Of a stretch of 64,000 nucleotides of DNA, positions 18,217 through 27,198 are shown one piece after another (the first letter of the stretch is position 1; each line of letters opens with the position of its first letter). The stretch is taken from contig JAZUSL010000068.1 of assembly GCA_045606705.1 (NCBI GenBank), positions 68,751 through 132,750 of the forward strand. Reading direction: 5' to 3'. Position numbers and translations under genes: made by a program. Origin of the DNA: Bacteroidales bacterium. GTDB lineage: Bacteria; Bacteroidota; Bacteroidia; Bacteroidales; F082. The notes under the pieces were generated by a model that saw nothing but the letters and a program-made list of their open reading frames with translations, was not told where the DNA came from and ran no database searches.

Positions 18217-20806
18217 TCACTTGTTTTCTTAATTCTTTGATAGTCTTGTCATGACCATCTTTATCAACGTAAGCAAGCGCTGGTAATATTAATTCTATAT
18301 TACGTCCAGAATTCAAAAATTCTTCTACAGTGTTACGTACACAATATTCTGTAGCGATACCGCTGATAACGACGTCTTTATTTGCATAATCTTTCAAGAC
18401 TATACCATTAGCGTTGACAGCACCATAACCAGAATATTGTTCTTCATCTTGTTTGCAGCCTTTGCGGAAGATGTTACGTTTAGGATCCGGACGGTTTGCA
18501 GGATTTTCCACTTTGGTATAGAACGACTCATGGATAGCGCCGCCACGTGTACCTTCAACACAGTGAACCGGCCATATTCCGCCGAATTCAGTGAAAGAAC
18601 TATGATTTGCAGGATGTGAATCAGCAATGTAGATAACTTCTTGTTCCGGATGAGCATTGATATATGCTATCGCAGCTTCAACAGCTTCTTCAGAATGACC
18701 ACATGCCAATGAACCATCAATAAAATCGTAAAGCATATCAACAACTAAATGTGTTGGTGCCGCATGATTTTCCTTTACAAATGAATACTTCTTACCGTAA
18801 TCGAGATGTTGTTGTACGAAGTCTGTTGGATAATAAATTACGTAATCAACGACTTTACCGTTCTTTTCAACAGGAACGATATCAGGATTTATAAAACCAC
18901 CATAAGGTCTGAGATTCAATGCATCATAACGTTCCTTTACTTCTTTATGTAAAGCAGGATCTACTTTAACAGCGTATGTTTCAACCATCTTCTTACCAGC
19001 CTCATAATCACCTTCAGATTTTATACGTTGGATTTCTGCAAGAAGTTCACCGAATAAATCACGTAATTTTTCATAATCATTGATGACGAAATATGTCTTA
19101 CCGTCTTTTATTTTCTTTTCAATTACATTATCTGCTTTGCCTTTTTCGTAGCACCATTCTGAGATGAGTTTGCGGTCTTGCATGTGTGATTCTGTAACAT
19201 TCTTACCTAATTCGATACGAGAGAGTTGACTCATCAAACCGTTACGGATAAAGTTTGCATATGCAGCCTTATAAGCTTCCATATCAGGCATGATGCCGAG
19301 TTCAACCATGATTGGGTCGGCGCAATAGTAAAGACCGAATAAGTCGGCGCGTGATTCTTCCAATGCTGAGTTATATTCTTTCAAAGCGTTGGAAGATGTA
19401 CCTGGAAGAAGTTGTCCAGAACCATGACCGAGACATTCGTGCAAGTCGGTATGAACAACATCAGCATTAGAACCATATTTCTTACATAGATCTATTTCTT
19501 CTTGTGAATAAGCGAATTCAGCCAAGACACTCTTTGGAGATTCTTCTGCGGCTTTGTCATAAGCTTCCATCAAGTTGGTGATTGTAACAGATTTAGATCC
19601 ATAATCCTTACGAATCCAATCTGCGTTTGGAAGGTTGATACCGATAGGAGGTGCCGGAAAACAATCGCCTGCCAATGTTGTAACGATGATGCCTTTTGCT
19701 GTGACACCTTTACATTCCTTCTTCTTGAAACGTTCGTCGACAGGTGAGTTATCTTCAAACCATTGAGCATTCTGACTGATAAGAGAAGAACGTTTTGTTG
19801 CTTCCATGTCTTTGAAGTTAACAACAGCTTCCCATGTTGCTTTCATACCCATAGGGTCGCCGTAATCTTCAATGAAACCATTCACATAGTCAATAACAGA
19901 AACCGAATCCTGAACCCATGCAACATTATATTCGTCCCATGTGTTGAGATCGCCTGTCTTATAATATTCAATCAATAAATTAGTGTAATTGCGCTGAGCG
20001 TCATTTTCTGCTACAGCATTTGCTTTTTCCAACCAATAGATAATCTGATCGATAGCTTCGCCGTAGAGTCCACCTGACTTATAAACGTTTTCATAAATCT
20101 TACCGTTTTCTTTTACGAGTTGCGAATTCAAACCATAAGAAACAGGTGTTGTGTCTTTAGGATCTCTTTGTGCATCATAGAACTCTTCCACTTCTTCTTT
20201 CGACAAGTCACCTTTATAGAAGTTGGTTGCGGAATTCTTAATGATGTCATCTTCACCACTACGTCGTGTAGCATATAAATCTTTATCAAAAATAACAGGT
20301 GTTATAAAAGTCAAGAATTCTTCAACTGTTTCATTGTCATCCAAAGGAAGTTGATTTACGTCAGAGTTTCTGACTAACTCGGCGAAATATTCTGTAGATA
20401 TTTCAGGCATAAATTTATCTTCTGCATAATGATGGTGAATACCGTTGCTGAAGAACACACGTTTTGCGTAAGTAAGGAAATTCTTATAATCTTCTGTTTC
20501 ACGGTCTCCTTTGTAAGAGTTAAGGATGGCTTCATTGGTTTTACGTACTGTGAGGTTGTACTTGAAATTCTGGTCGGCGAGAATATCGCGTCCGCATTTT
20601 GCAGCCTCACCTAAATAATATAGGTATTCCTTTTGTTGAAGCGTGAGATTCTCCCACTCAGGAATTTGGTAGCGCATAATCTTGATGTCTGCAAATTCAT
20701 CGACGAGATATTTGAATTCTTTCTCGTCATTCATAGTCTGCTGGTTGTTTGTGTTACAACTACATAACAGACCGATAACACTTAAACCCATGATAATTTT
20801 TTTCAT
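18203..20806 (-). CDS. lipoprotein fusion: M49 dipeptidyl-peptidase III domain plus C-terminal nicotinamidase (PncA/isochorismatase) domain
   Basis: 867 aa with lipobox LLCSC. M49 motifs HECLGHGSG and EESRAD. The last ~190 aa carry VDMLYDF, DSHPANHSSF, IWPVHCVEGTRGGAIH and GIATEYCV, typical of PncA. Confidence 0.85.
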   Translation of the reverse strand: MKKIIMGLSVIGLLCSCNTNNQQTMNDEKEFKYLVDEFADIKIMRYQIPEWENLTLQQKEYLYYLGEAAKCGRDILADQNFKYNLTVRKTNEAILNSYKGDRETEDYKNFLTYAKRVFFSNGIHHHYAEDKFMPEISTEYFAELVRNSDVNQLPLDDNETVEEFLTFITPVIFDKDLYATRRSGEDDIIKNSATNFYKGDLSKEEVEEFYDAQRDPKDTTPVSYGLNSQLVKENGKIYENVYKSGGLYGEAIDQIIYWLEKANAVAENDAQRNYTNLLIEYYKTGDLNTWDEYNVAWVQDSVSVIDYVNGFIEDYGDPMGMKATWEAVVNFKDMEATKRSSLISQNAQWFEDNSPVDERFKKKECKGVTAKGIIVTTLAGDCFPAPPIGINLPNADWIRKDYGSKSVTITNLMEAYDKAAEESPKSVLAEFAYSQEEIDLCKKYGSNADVVHTDLHECLGHGSGQLLPGTSSNALKEYNSALEESRADLFGLYYCADPIMVELGIMPDMEAYKAAYANFIRNGLMSQLSRIELGKNVTESHMQDRKLISEWCYEKGKADNVIEKKIKDGKTYFVINDYEKLRDLFGELLAEIQRIKSEGDYEAGKKMVETYAVKVDPALHKEVKERYDALNLRPYGGFINPDIVPVEKNGKVVDYVIYYPTDFVQQHLDYGKKYSFVKENHAAPTHLVVDMLYDFIDGSLACGHSEEAVEAAIAYINAHPEQEVIYIADSHPANHSSFTEFGGIWPVHCVEGTRGGAIHESFYTKVENPANRPDPKRNIFRKGCKQDEEQYSGYGAVNANGIVLKDYANKDVVISGIATEYCVRNTVEEFLNSGRNIELILPALAYVDKDGHDKTIKELRKQVTIVE

Positions 20807-20891
20807 TATGATATGATTTTAAATAAAGTGCAAATGTAGTGAATTGTTCAAAATCTGAATATGTTTTATTGAATTATTTCACGAATACAAT

Positions 20892-22178
20892 TTAATATCC
20901 GTATTTTTCTTTCCATTTCATCCTCAGTGAGTTTTGTATATCTCTTTCACGAGGATTATTCTGAGGTTGATATATCTTAGTTCCCGCTATTTCTGTTGGA
21001 AGGAATTCCTGTTCTACAAAATTACCCTCATAGTCATGAGCGTATTTGTAACCATCGCTGTAGCCTATGTCTTTCATCAGTTTTGTCGGAGCGTTGCGTA
21101 AATGCATTGGAACACTGAGATTTCCTGTTTTACGAACTATATCTTGCGCTGTATTTATCGCCATATAAGAGGCGTTGCTCTTTGGTGATGTCGCGAGATA
21201 AATAGCAGTTTGCGAGAGTATTATACGACTCTCAGGGAAACCAATTTTGTTTACAGCGTCGAAGCAAGTGTTAGCGAGTAATAATGCGTTAGGATTTGCG
21301 TTACCAATATCTTCTGAAGCAAGTATCAGCATACGACGAGCAATGAACAACGGATCCTCACCTGCCTCTATCATCCGAGCGAGGTAATATACCGCCGCAT
21401 TAGGGTCGGAACCGCGCATCGATTTTATGAAAGCTGAGATAATATCGTAATGCATCTCCCCTAACCTATCATATTTCAACAAATTGCTCTGTATGTATTG
21501 AGCAGTTATATCATTAGTGATAGTAATAATTTCTGAGTCAGGATATGCGTCACATGTCATACTGACGACCAAATCCAAGGCGTTGAGAAGTTTACGGGCA
21601 TCACCGCCACTTATATGCATCAAGGCTTCCTTCTCTTGTAGCACTATCTTCTTTCCGCAGTCTGCTTCCAATACTGGCAACGCATTATTGATAAGTTTAT
21701 CTAAATCATTCTTTTCTAAAGATTTCAATACATAGACCTGACATCTGGAAAGCAACGGTGATATCACTTCAAAACTTGGGTTTTCGGTTGTTGCACCTAT
21801 TAATATTACAAGACCTTTCTCGACTGCGTTAAGCAGAGAGTCTTGTTGAGCCTTGCTAAAACGATGAATTTCATCAATGAAGAGTATTGGCGTATCAGGT
21901 GCCATACGCGCACGGTCGAACACCTCACGAACTTCTTTAACGCCGCTGTTGATGGCACTTAGAACATAAAACTGACGTTTTACCTGTTTAGATATGATTG
22001 ATGCGAGCGTTGTTTTGCCAACACCGGGAGGTCCCCAGAAAATCATCGATGGTATGCGGCCGCTTTCTATCGCGCGACGCAAAACGGCATTCTCACCAAT
22101 AAGATGTTCCTGACCAATATATTGATCCAACGATGTTGGACGTAAACGTTCTGCCAATGGTATCGACTGATGTTTCAT
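20892..22178 (-). CDS. rarA: replication-associated recombination protein A (MgsA/RarA AAA+ ATPase)
   Basis: 428 aa with GPPGVGKTT Walker A and the conserved C-terminal MgsA region DPNAAVYYLARM. Confidence 0.95.
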   Translation of the reverse strand: MKHQSIPLAERLRPTSLDQYIGQEHLIGENAVLRRAIESGRIPSMIFWGPPGVGKTTLASIISKQVKRQFYVLSAINSGVKEVREVFDRARMAPDTPILFIDEIHRFSKAQQDSLLNAVEKGLVILIGATTENPSFEVISPLLSRCQVYVLKSLEKNDLDKLINNALPVLEADCGKKIVLQEKEALMHISGGDARKLLNALDLVVSMTCDAYPDSEIITITNDITAQYIQSNLLKYDRLGEMHYDIISAFIKSMRGSDPNAAVYYLARMIEAGEDPLFIARRMLILASEDIGNANPNALLLANTCFDAVNKIGFPESRIILSQTAIYLATSPKSNASYMAINTAQDIVRKTGNLSVPMHLRNAPTKLMKDIGYSDGYKYAHDYEGNFVEQEFLPTEIAGTKIYQPQNNPRERDIQNSLRMKWKEKYGY

Positions 22179-22187
22179 AATATTATA

Positions 22188-22219
22188 AATCTGAGAATCT
22201 GAAAAATTGAAAATCTGAG
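22188..22219. repeat. octamer tract AATCTGAG AATCTGAA AAATTGAA AATCTGAG
   Basis: Read directly; starts 10 nt upstream of the rarA start codon (plus-strand coordinates). Confidence 0.85.
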
Positions 22220-22352
22220 AGTTATCATACTTTCCAATCTTTTTGCGAAATTACGAAAAAAATCGAGAGTGTAAATAGATTATAATTAATAATCTTTAAA
22301 TGAAATGAACATTCGCCAATGAGTTATGTTTATGGATTAGAAACTATGATTT

Positions 22353-23777
22353 ATGAAACCTTTTTATTTTGTGATGTTATTTATTCTTTGTCAACAGACA
22401 ATAGCCAAAGGACAACAGTCGGAGGTATCTATAAGTTTTCGCACCGCTGTTAACATGATGTTTCAAAATAATCCTAGCATAAAGGCTGCCGAAAAAAATG
22501 TTGAACTTGCTAAACGTCAGTCGCAATTCATCAATGCCAGTTGGTATCCAACAATTACGATGACTGGTACTTATGTGCTGATGTCGGAAAATATTGGCGT
22601 GACGCAGGAATATGCATCCTTACTAGAACCTATCAAAGAAAAATACGAAAACACTTTTATCGTTCCTGATGTTATCAATTACATATCCAACGAACTCGGA
22701 GATTTGTCTTTCAATGTGCCGATAATGGAGAACAACTTCGGATCCATCGATTTGGAAGTATTATTCCCAGTTTTTACAGGAGTGAAAAGGATTTATGCGC
22801 ATCAGCTAGCGAAAGATAATGAAATGATGTCAGAGTACGAAAAGATTGCTGTCGGCACCACAAAATATCTTGAACTTGCTGATGTGTATTTTACCTTAAG
22901 TCTTACAGAGTCGTTTCTTAAAATTCTTAAAGAAACAAAGGATATGACGACAAACCACTACGCTCAAGCATTGAAGATGGAAGAACTCGGAATGTTTGAT
23001 AAAGCAGAACGCCTTATTGTAAAAGTAGCATTAGACGAAAGCGACAGAAATCTCAAGAGTGCAGAAAACGAAGCTGATGTCTTAAGAAAAAGCTTGTCTG
23101 TTATCATTGGTCAACAATCAACGAACAATACTCAGAATATCGTGACGTCCACCCCTTTATTTCTTAATGAAAAATATCCTTCCTTAATTTGGTTTAAGGA
23201 AATGATGCGTAAAAATGCTTTTATATATAAACAATCTGAATTACATGAAGACATTTCTAAAAATACTTTAAGAATCAGTAAATCAAATTATTTCCCTATC
23301 ATTTCAATTTTTGGCAAGCAGACTATTGCTTCATATCAAGTTCCTGAGAATCTTATGCCCGGAACTATTGCCGGAGTGAATCTGACTTGGGACATTTTTG
23401 ATGGTTTGGCTAGGGAACGTAACATACAACAGACAAAGATCGAATCTGAGATAATTACCGAAACGCAAACAAATATCAAGAACGAATTGGAAATAGCTGT
23501 AGATGAATGGCATGCAAAATTGGTACAATCAACAATAAACGCAAAAGATTTGCAGTCTTCATTAGAATTATCCGAAGAAGTTTATAAGATTAGAAAGAAA
23601 GCCTTTGCCGAAGGATTGGCCACATCGCAACAAGTTTTAGATGCTTTGAATCTTTTAAACAAGACCAAGTTGCTGTTACTCACTACATATTATGAATACG
23701 ACATAGCATTGGCGCATCTTTGTTGCATTTGTGGTATACCTGAATATTTTGGGTCGTTTATAGATAATGAACTATGA
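22353..23777 (+). CDS. TolC-family outer membrane efflux protein
   Basis: 474 aa with a signal peptide, two-repeat OEP architecture, and operon position before a HlyD-type adaptor. Confidence 0.8.
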   Translation: MKPFYFVMLFILCQQTIAKGQQSEVSISFRTAVNMMFQNNPSIKAAEKNVELAKRQSQFINASWYPTITMTGTYVLMSENIGVTQEYASLLEPIKEKYENTFIVPDVINYISNELGDLSFNVPIMENNFGSIDLEVLFPVFTGVKRIYAHQLAKDNEMMSEYEKIAVGTTKYLELADVYFTLSLTESFLKILKETKDMTTNHYAQALKMEELGMFDKAERLIVKVALDESDRNLKSAENEADVLRKSLSVIIGQQSTNNTQNIVTSTPLFLNEKYPSLIWFKEMMRKNAFIYKQSELHEDISKNTLRISKSNYFPIISIFGKQTIASYQVPENLMPGTIAGVNLTWDIFDGLARERNIQQTKIESEIITETQTNIKNELEIAVDEWHAKLVQSTINAKDLQSSLELSEEVYKIRKKAFAEGLATSQQVLDALNLLNKTKLLLLTTYYEYDIALAHLCCICGIPEYFGSFIDNEL

Positions 23778-23843
23778 GTATGAACTATGACTATGACTAT
23801 GACTATGACTATGAACTATGACTATGAACTATGACTATGAACT
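23767..23843. repeat. 12 tandem ATGACT / ATGAACT units
   Basis: Read directly: 7 six-nt and 5 seven-nt units. The first units encode the last TolC codons and its TGA stop (23775-23777). Confidence 0.9.
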
Positions 23844-23866
23844 AGAATTTTTTAACATAATTAAAA

Positions 23867-24856
23867 ATGAAAATTAGTAATAAGATATTATTCGCATTGT
23901 TTGTAATTGTACTTTTTGTGATACTGACTTTGTCTGTCTTGGGAATATTCTTGATGAAGGAGAAAGACATTGTATTACAAGGACAAATTGAGGCAGAAGA
24001 ATATAATATTTCCGGGTTGTTACCAGGAAGGATTGAGAATATTTATGTAAAGAAAGGACAATACGTAGAAAAAGGTGACACCTTGATTCATGTTATTTCC
24101 AAAGAAGTCATTGCTGAATATGAGGCACAGAAATCATTAGAAAATGCCGCCACATTACAAAGTGAGAAGATAGATTCAGGTTCTCGTAAGGAATTGGTTT
24201 CCATAGCTAAAGAATTATGGGACGGAACAAAGGCAGATCTTAATCTGGCAAAAACAACATATGAAAGAATATCTGCATTATATGAAGATTCTATCGTGAG
24301 TTTACAAAGAAGAGACGAGGTGGAAGCTATTTACAAGTCAGCATTAGCGGCAGAACGTGCTGCTTACTATCAGTATAAACTCGCTGTTGACGGTGCTCAG
24401 GAACAAGATAAGGCATCGGCAAAAGCGATGGCAAAAGCTGCTCAAAGCAATACAGAAGTCGTCAACGCTTTACTGAAAGACTCAAAACTCACATCACCAA
24501 TCTCAGGACAAGTCGCAACAATCTCATTGAATGAAGGCGAGTTGTCTTCGATAGGAACTTCACTAATGACAATAGTAGATATTGAAAATCCATATCTAAT
24601 TTTAAATGTCAGAGAAGATCTATTAATAAATTTTAAGATGGGAAACGATGTCTTATGTGATATTCCCGCCTTAGAGTTAAAAGATGTGCCTTTTACAATC
24701 AATTACATCTCTCCATTAGGAAGCTTTGCCACCTGGAAAGCAACGAAAGACACTGGCGGTTACGACCTAAGAACATTTGAAATACAAGCAACTCCAAAAT
24801 ATAAGGTCAATGATTTAAGACCAGGAATGTCGGTACTTATAACAATTGACAATTAA
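23867..24856 (+). CDS. HlyD-family periplasmic adaptor
   Basis: 329 aa with an N-terminal TM, a lipoyl-like hairpin (GDTLIHV...SPISGQVATI) and a coiled coil. Confidence 0.85.
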   Translation: MKISNKILFALFVIVLFVILTLSVLGIFLMKEKDIVLQGQIEAEEYNISGLLPGRIENIYVKKGQYVEKGDTLIHVISKEVIAEYEAQKSLENAATLQSEKIDSGSRKELVSIAKELWDGTKADLNLAKTTYERISALYEDSIVSLQRRDEVEAIYKSALAAERAAYYQYKLAVDGAQEQDKASAKAMAKAAQSNTEVVNALLKDSKLTSPISGQVATISLNEGELSSIGTSLMTIVDIENPYLILNVREDLLINFKMGNDVLCDIPALELKDVPFTINYISPLGSFATWKATKDTGGYDLRTFEIQATPKYKVNDLRPGMSVLITIDN

Positions 24857-24868
24857 CAATTAGCAATA
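24841..24868. repeat. heptamer tract AACAATT GACAATT AACAATT AGCAATA
   Basis: Read directly; spans the HlyD stop at 24856 and precedes the ATG at 24875. Confidence 0.8.
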
Positions 24869-24874
24869 CTAACA

Positions 24875-26071
24875 ATGTATGAGGTCAAACGTCATAGCGG
24901 ATTCTTAGCGATAGTCAAAAGAGAATGTCATATCTTGACATCGCGACCTCTTTATTTATTTACGGCTTTGATATTACCGTTGTTTGTCTTGTTTTTCATG
25001 AAGACTATTTTCGGTAATGGTATGATTGACAATATTCCTGTAGGTATAGTTGACGAAGACAATAGCGATATGTCACGACAGATTGTACGTTTGTGTTCAG
25101 CATCACCGGAGATTAAAATTACACAAAAATTTTCTAATCTTGCAGAAGCGCGCGATGCTTTATTATCTAAGAAGATTTATGGTTATCTTATAATCCCCAA
25201 TGATTTTCAAGCAGACGTACATGCAAATCGACAAACGAATCTGGTTTTATGTTATCATTACGCTTTCTTAAGTGTCGGTTCTGAAGTTATGCAAGGTTTT
25301 CTTAACGCATTAAGAATTATAGCTGTTATGCCACTACAAGAAACAACGGATTTTTTAGGTATTGGTGATGAAACGCTCGAAGCGATAGCATCTCCAATCA
25401 ATATCGTGGCACATCCACTTTATAATCCTTCTTTAAATTATACTTCTTATCTTTCCTATCCATATTATTGGGTGCTGTTTCAAATCTTAATTTTACTTAA
25501 CATCGCTTATTCTTTTGGAAACGATTTCAAAACAAAAGGTATAAAAGAATGTCTTTCTTTAGGTAATGGAAAGTTTCTTAATATAATTTTAGGAAAATTA
25601 TTTCCATATATAATAATATTTTCTTCTATCGCCATATTTGCCAATATGATAGAAATGAACGATGATGCTTCTACTCATACAATAATTTTATTAATAATTA
25701 TTAGCATACTTTTCGTTATGGCGACGTGTTCTGTTTCGCTCTTCATTTTCTCTATATATCCTAACCTACCGATAATCATCAGTTTCGTCTCGATGTTCGG
25801 GTCGTTGGGAGCCACTTTTGCCGGCGTGACTTTCCCCGTCAATGCGATGTATCCCTTCGCAGAAAAAATCTCATTCTTCTTCCCCATCCGACATTTCGTC
25901 GTGATAACAGACTACCTTCGCTACGAAAGTCACGCCTTTTCTTACTGCTGGAAACAGGTATTAATCTTAATAAGCTTTAACATACTAATATTTGCATCAT
26001 TACTATTATTAAAAAATAAATACTTCAAGCAAAGAGCATTGAGCAAGGAAACAAATGAGTTCTATTATTAA
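24875..26071 (+). CDS. ABC-2 type transporter permease
   Basis: 398 aa with an N-terminal TM, a large periplasmic loop and 5 C-terminal TMs, typical of YhhJ/YbhS-like permeases. Confidence 0.8.
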   Translation: MYEVKRHSGFLAIVKRECHILTSRPLYLFTALILPLFVLFFMKTIFGNGMIDNIPVGIVDEDNSDMSRQIVRLCSASPEIKITQKFSNLAEARDALLSKKIYGYLIIPNDFQADVHANRQTNLVLCYHYAFLSVGSEVMQGFLNALRIIAVMPLQETTDFLGIGDETLEAIASPINIVAHPLYNPSLNYTSYLSYPYYWVLFQILILLNIAYSFGNDFKTKGIKECLSLGNGKFLNIILGKLFPYIIIFSSIAIFANMIEMNDDASTHTIILLIIISILFVMATCSVSLFIFSIYPNLPIIISFVSMFGSLGATFAGVTFPVNAMYPFAEKISFFFPIRHFVVITDYLRYESHAFSYCWKQVLILISFNILIFASLLLLKNKYFKQRALSKETNEFYY

Positions 26072-27185
26072 AATAATATCAGACACATTTAAATCTATCG
26101 GCACCAATATTCCAATCTTAATTGTGTTAATTCTTGGCAATGTTGGTTATGGATTTCTATATAACTTATTGTATAACACTAACGTCTATAGAAATGCTCC
26201 GATTGCTGTAGTTGACATGTCGCAAAGTGATATCAGTAGACGTTTCACCAATTATATTGATGCTACCCAACAAGTTGATGTTGTTTTAAGAACTCAGGAT
26301 TATTATGAAGCAAAACAAAAACTTATTGAAAATGAAATTATTGGATTTCTTTATATTCCATCTGAGTTAAAAGAAAACATAATGCGAGGAGAACAGACGG
26401 TTTGTGTTATTTATGGTTCGACACTTTCTTTCTTAAATTATCTTAACATTTCCGAAGCAGTCAACTTTGCATCTTTGGAAATAAATTCAGAACTGCTTCC
26501 TGATATGTTAAATTCCCTTAACATGGTAGATCTGTTGTTTTTGGCAAATGACAAAGCTGTCAATATTATAAGCGAAACGCTTTATAACGAGAGTGAAGGT
26601 TACGGAACATATCTCATTCCACCAGTGATGGTGATCATCATCTTTCAAACCATGATGATTGTCGTTTGCATGAACGAGGTGAATTCAAGGAGATATTTAA
26701 GAACAAGGAAATATAAAGTCATATTCGGAAAAGCATTTTCATACGTCCTGATTTACATTGTATTTTCCGTATTTTTCTTAGGATTACTACCTTTGATATT
26801 CCATCTTCCACATCATGGAAATTTCCTGAACATAGCAATTATGATGATACCGTATCTTTTTGCCAGCGCATTTTTCGCATTGATATTATCCTCATTTTTT
26901 ACCGATGCCGAGATGCCGTTGTTTTTCATCGTTGTTATGTCTGTGCCTTTAGTATTTTTAACTGGTATCTCTTACCCTTTGGAATTGATGCCATGGCATT
27001 GGAAGATTTTTCATTTTATCATTCCAGTAGCACCAGCGACGATGGCATTCGTGAAATTAGATTGCATGGGAGCCGAATTAATACACATACGACCAGAAAT
27101 GATAAATCTCTGGTCGCAATGTATTGTCTATTATGTTATTGCTATCTTAACAAATAGACGTCCTTCTAAGAATTATGCATTATGA
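26055..27185 (+). CDS. ABC-2 type transporter permease (second copy)
   Basis: 376 aa with the same topology. Overlaps the previous gene by 17 nt. Confidence 0.8.
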   Translation: MSSIIKIISDTFKSIGTNIPILIVLILGNVGYGFLYNLLYNTNVYRNAPIAVVDMSQSDISRRFTNYIDATQQVDVVLRTQDYYEAKQKLIENEIIGFLYIPSELKENIMRGEQTVCVIYGSTLSFLNYLNISEAVNFASLEINSELLPDMLNSLNMVDLLFLANDKAVNIISETLYNESEGYGTYLIPPVMVIIIFQTMMIVVCMNEVNSRRYLRTRKYKVIFGKAFSYVLIYIVFSVFFLGLLPLIFHLPHHGNFLNIAIMMIPYLFASAFFALILSSFFTDAEMPLFFIVVMSVPLVFLTGISYPLELMPWHWKIFHFIIPVAPATMAFVKLDCMGAELIHIRPEMINLWSQCIVYYVIAILTNRRPSKNYAL

Positions 27186-27198
27186 ATTATGCATTAAC
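27171..27198. repeat. heptamer tract ATTATGC ATTATGA ATTATGC ATTAACA
   Basis: Read directly. It contains both convergent stop codons (TGA 27183-27185 on the plus strand and TAA 27187-27189 on the minus strand). Confidence 0.9.

Noticed and set aside
23767-23843. Tandem tracts as possible CRISPR arrays.
   Set aside because: The units are only 6-8 nt with no spacers, no repeats of 24-48 nt and no cas genes in the window.
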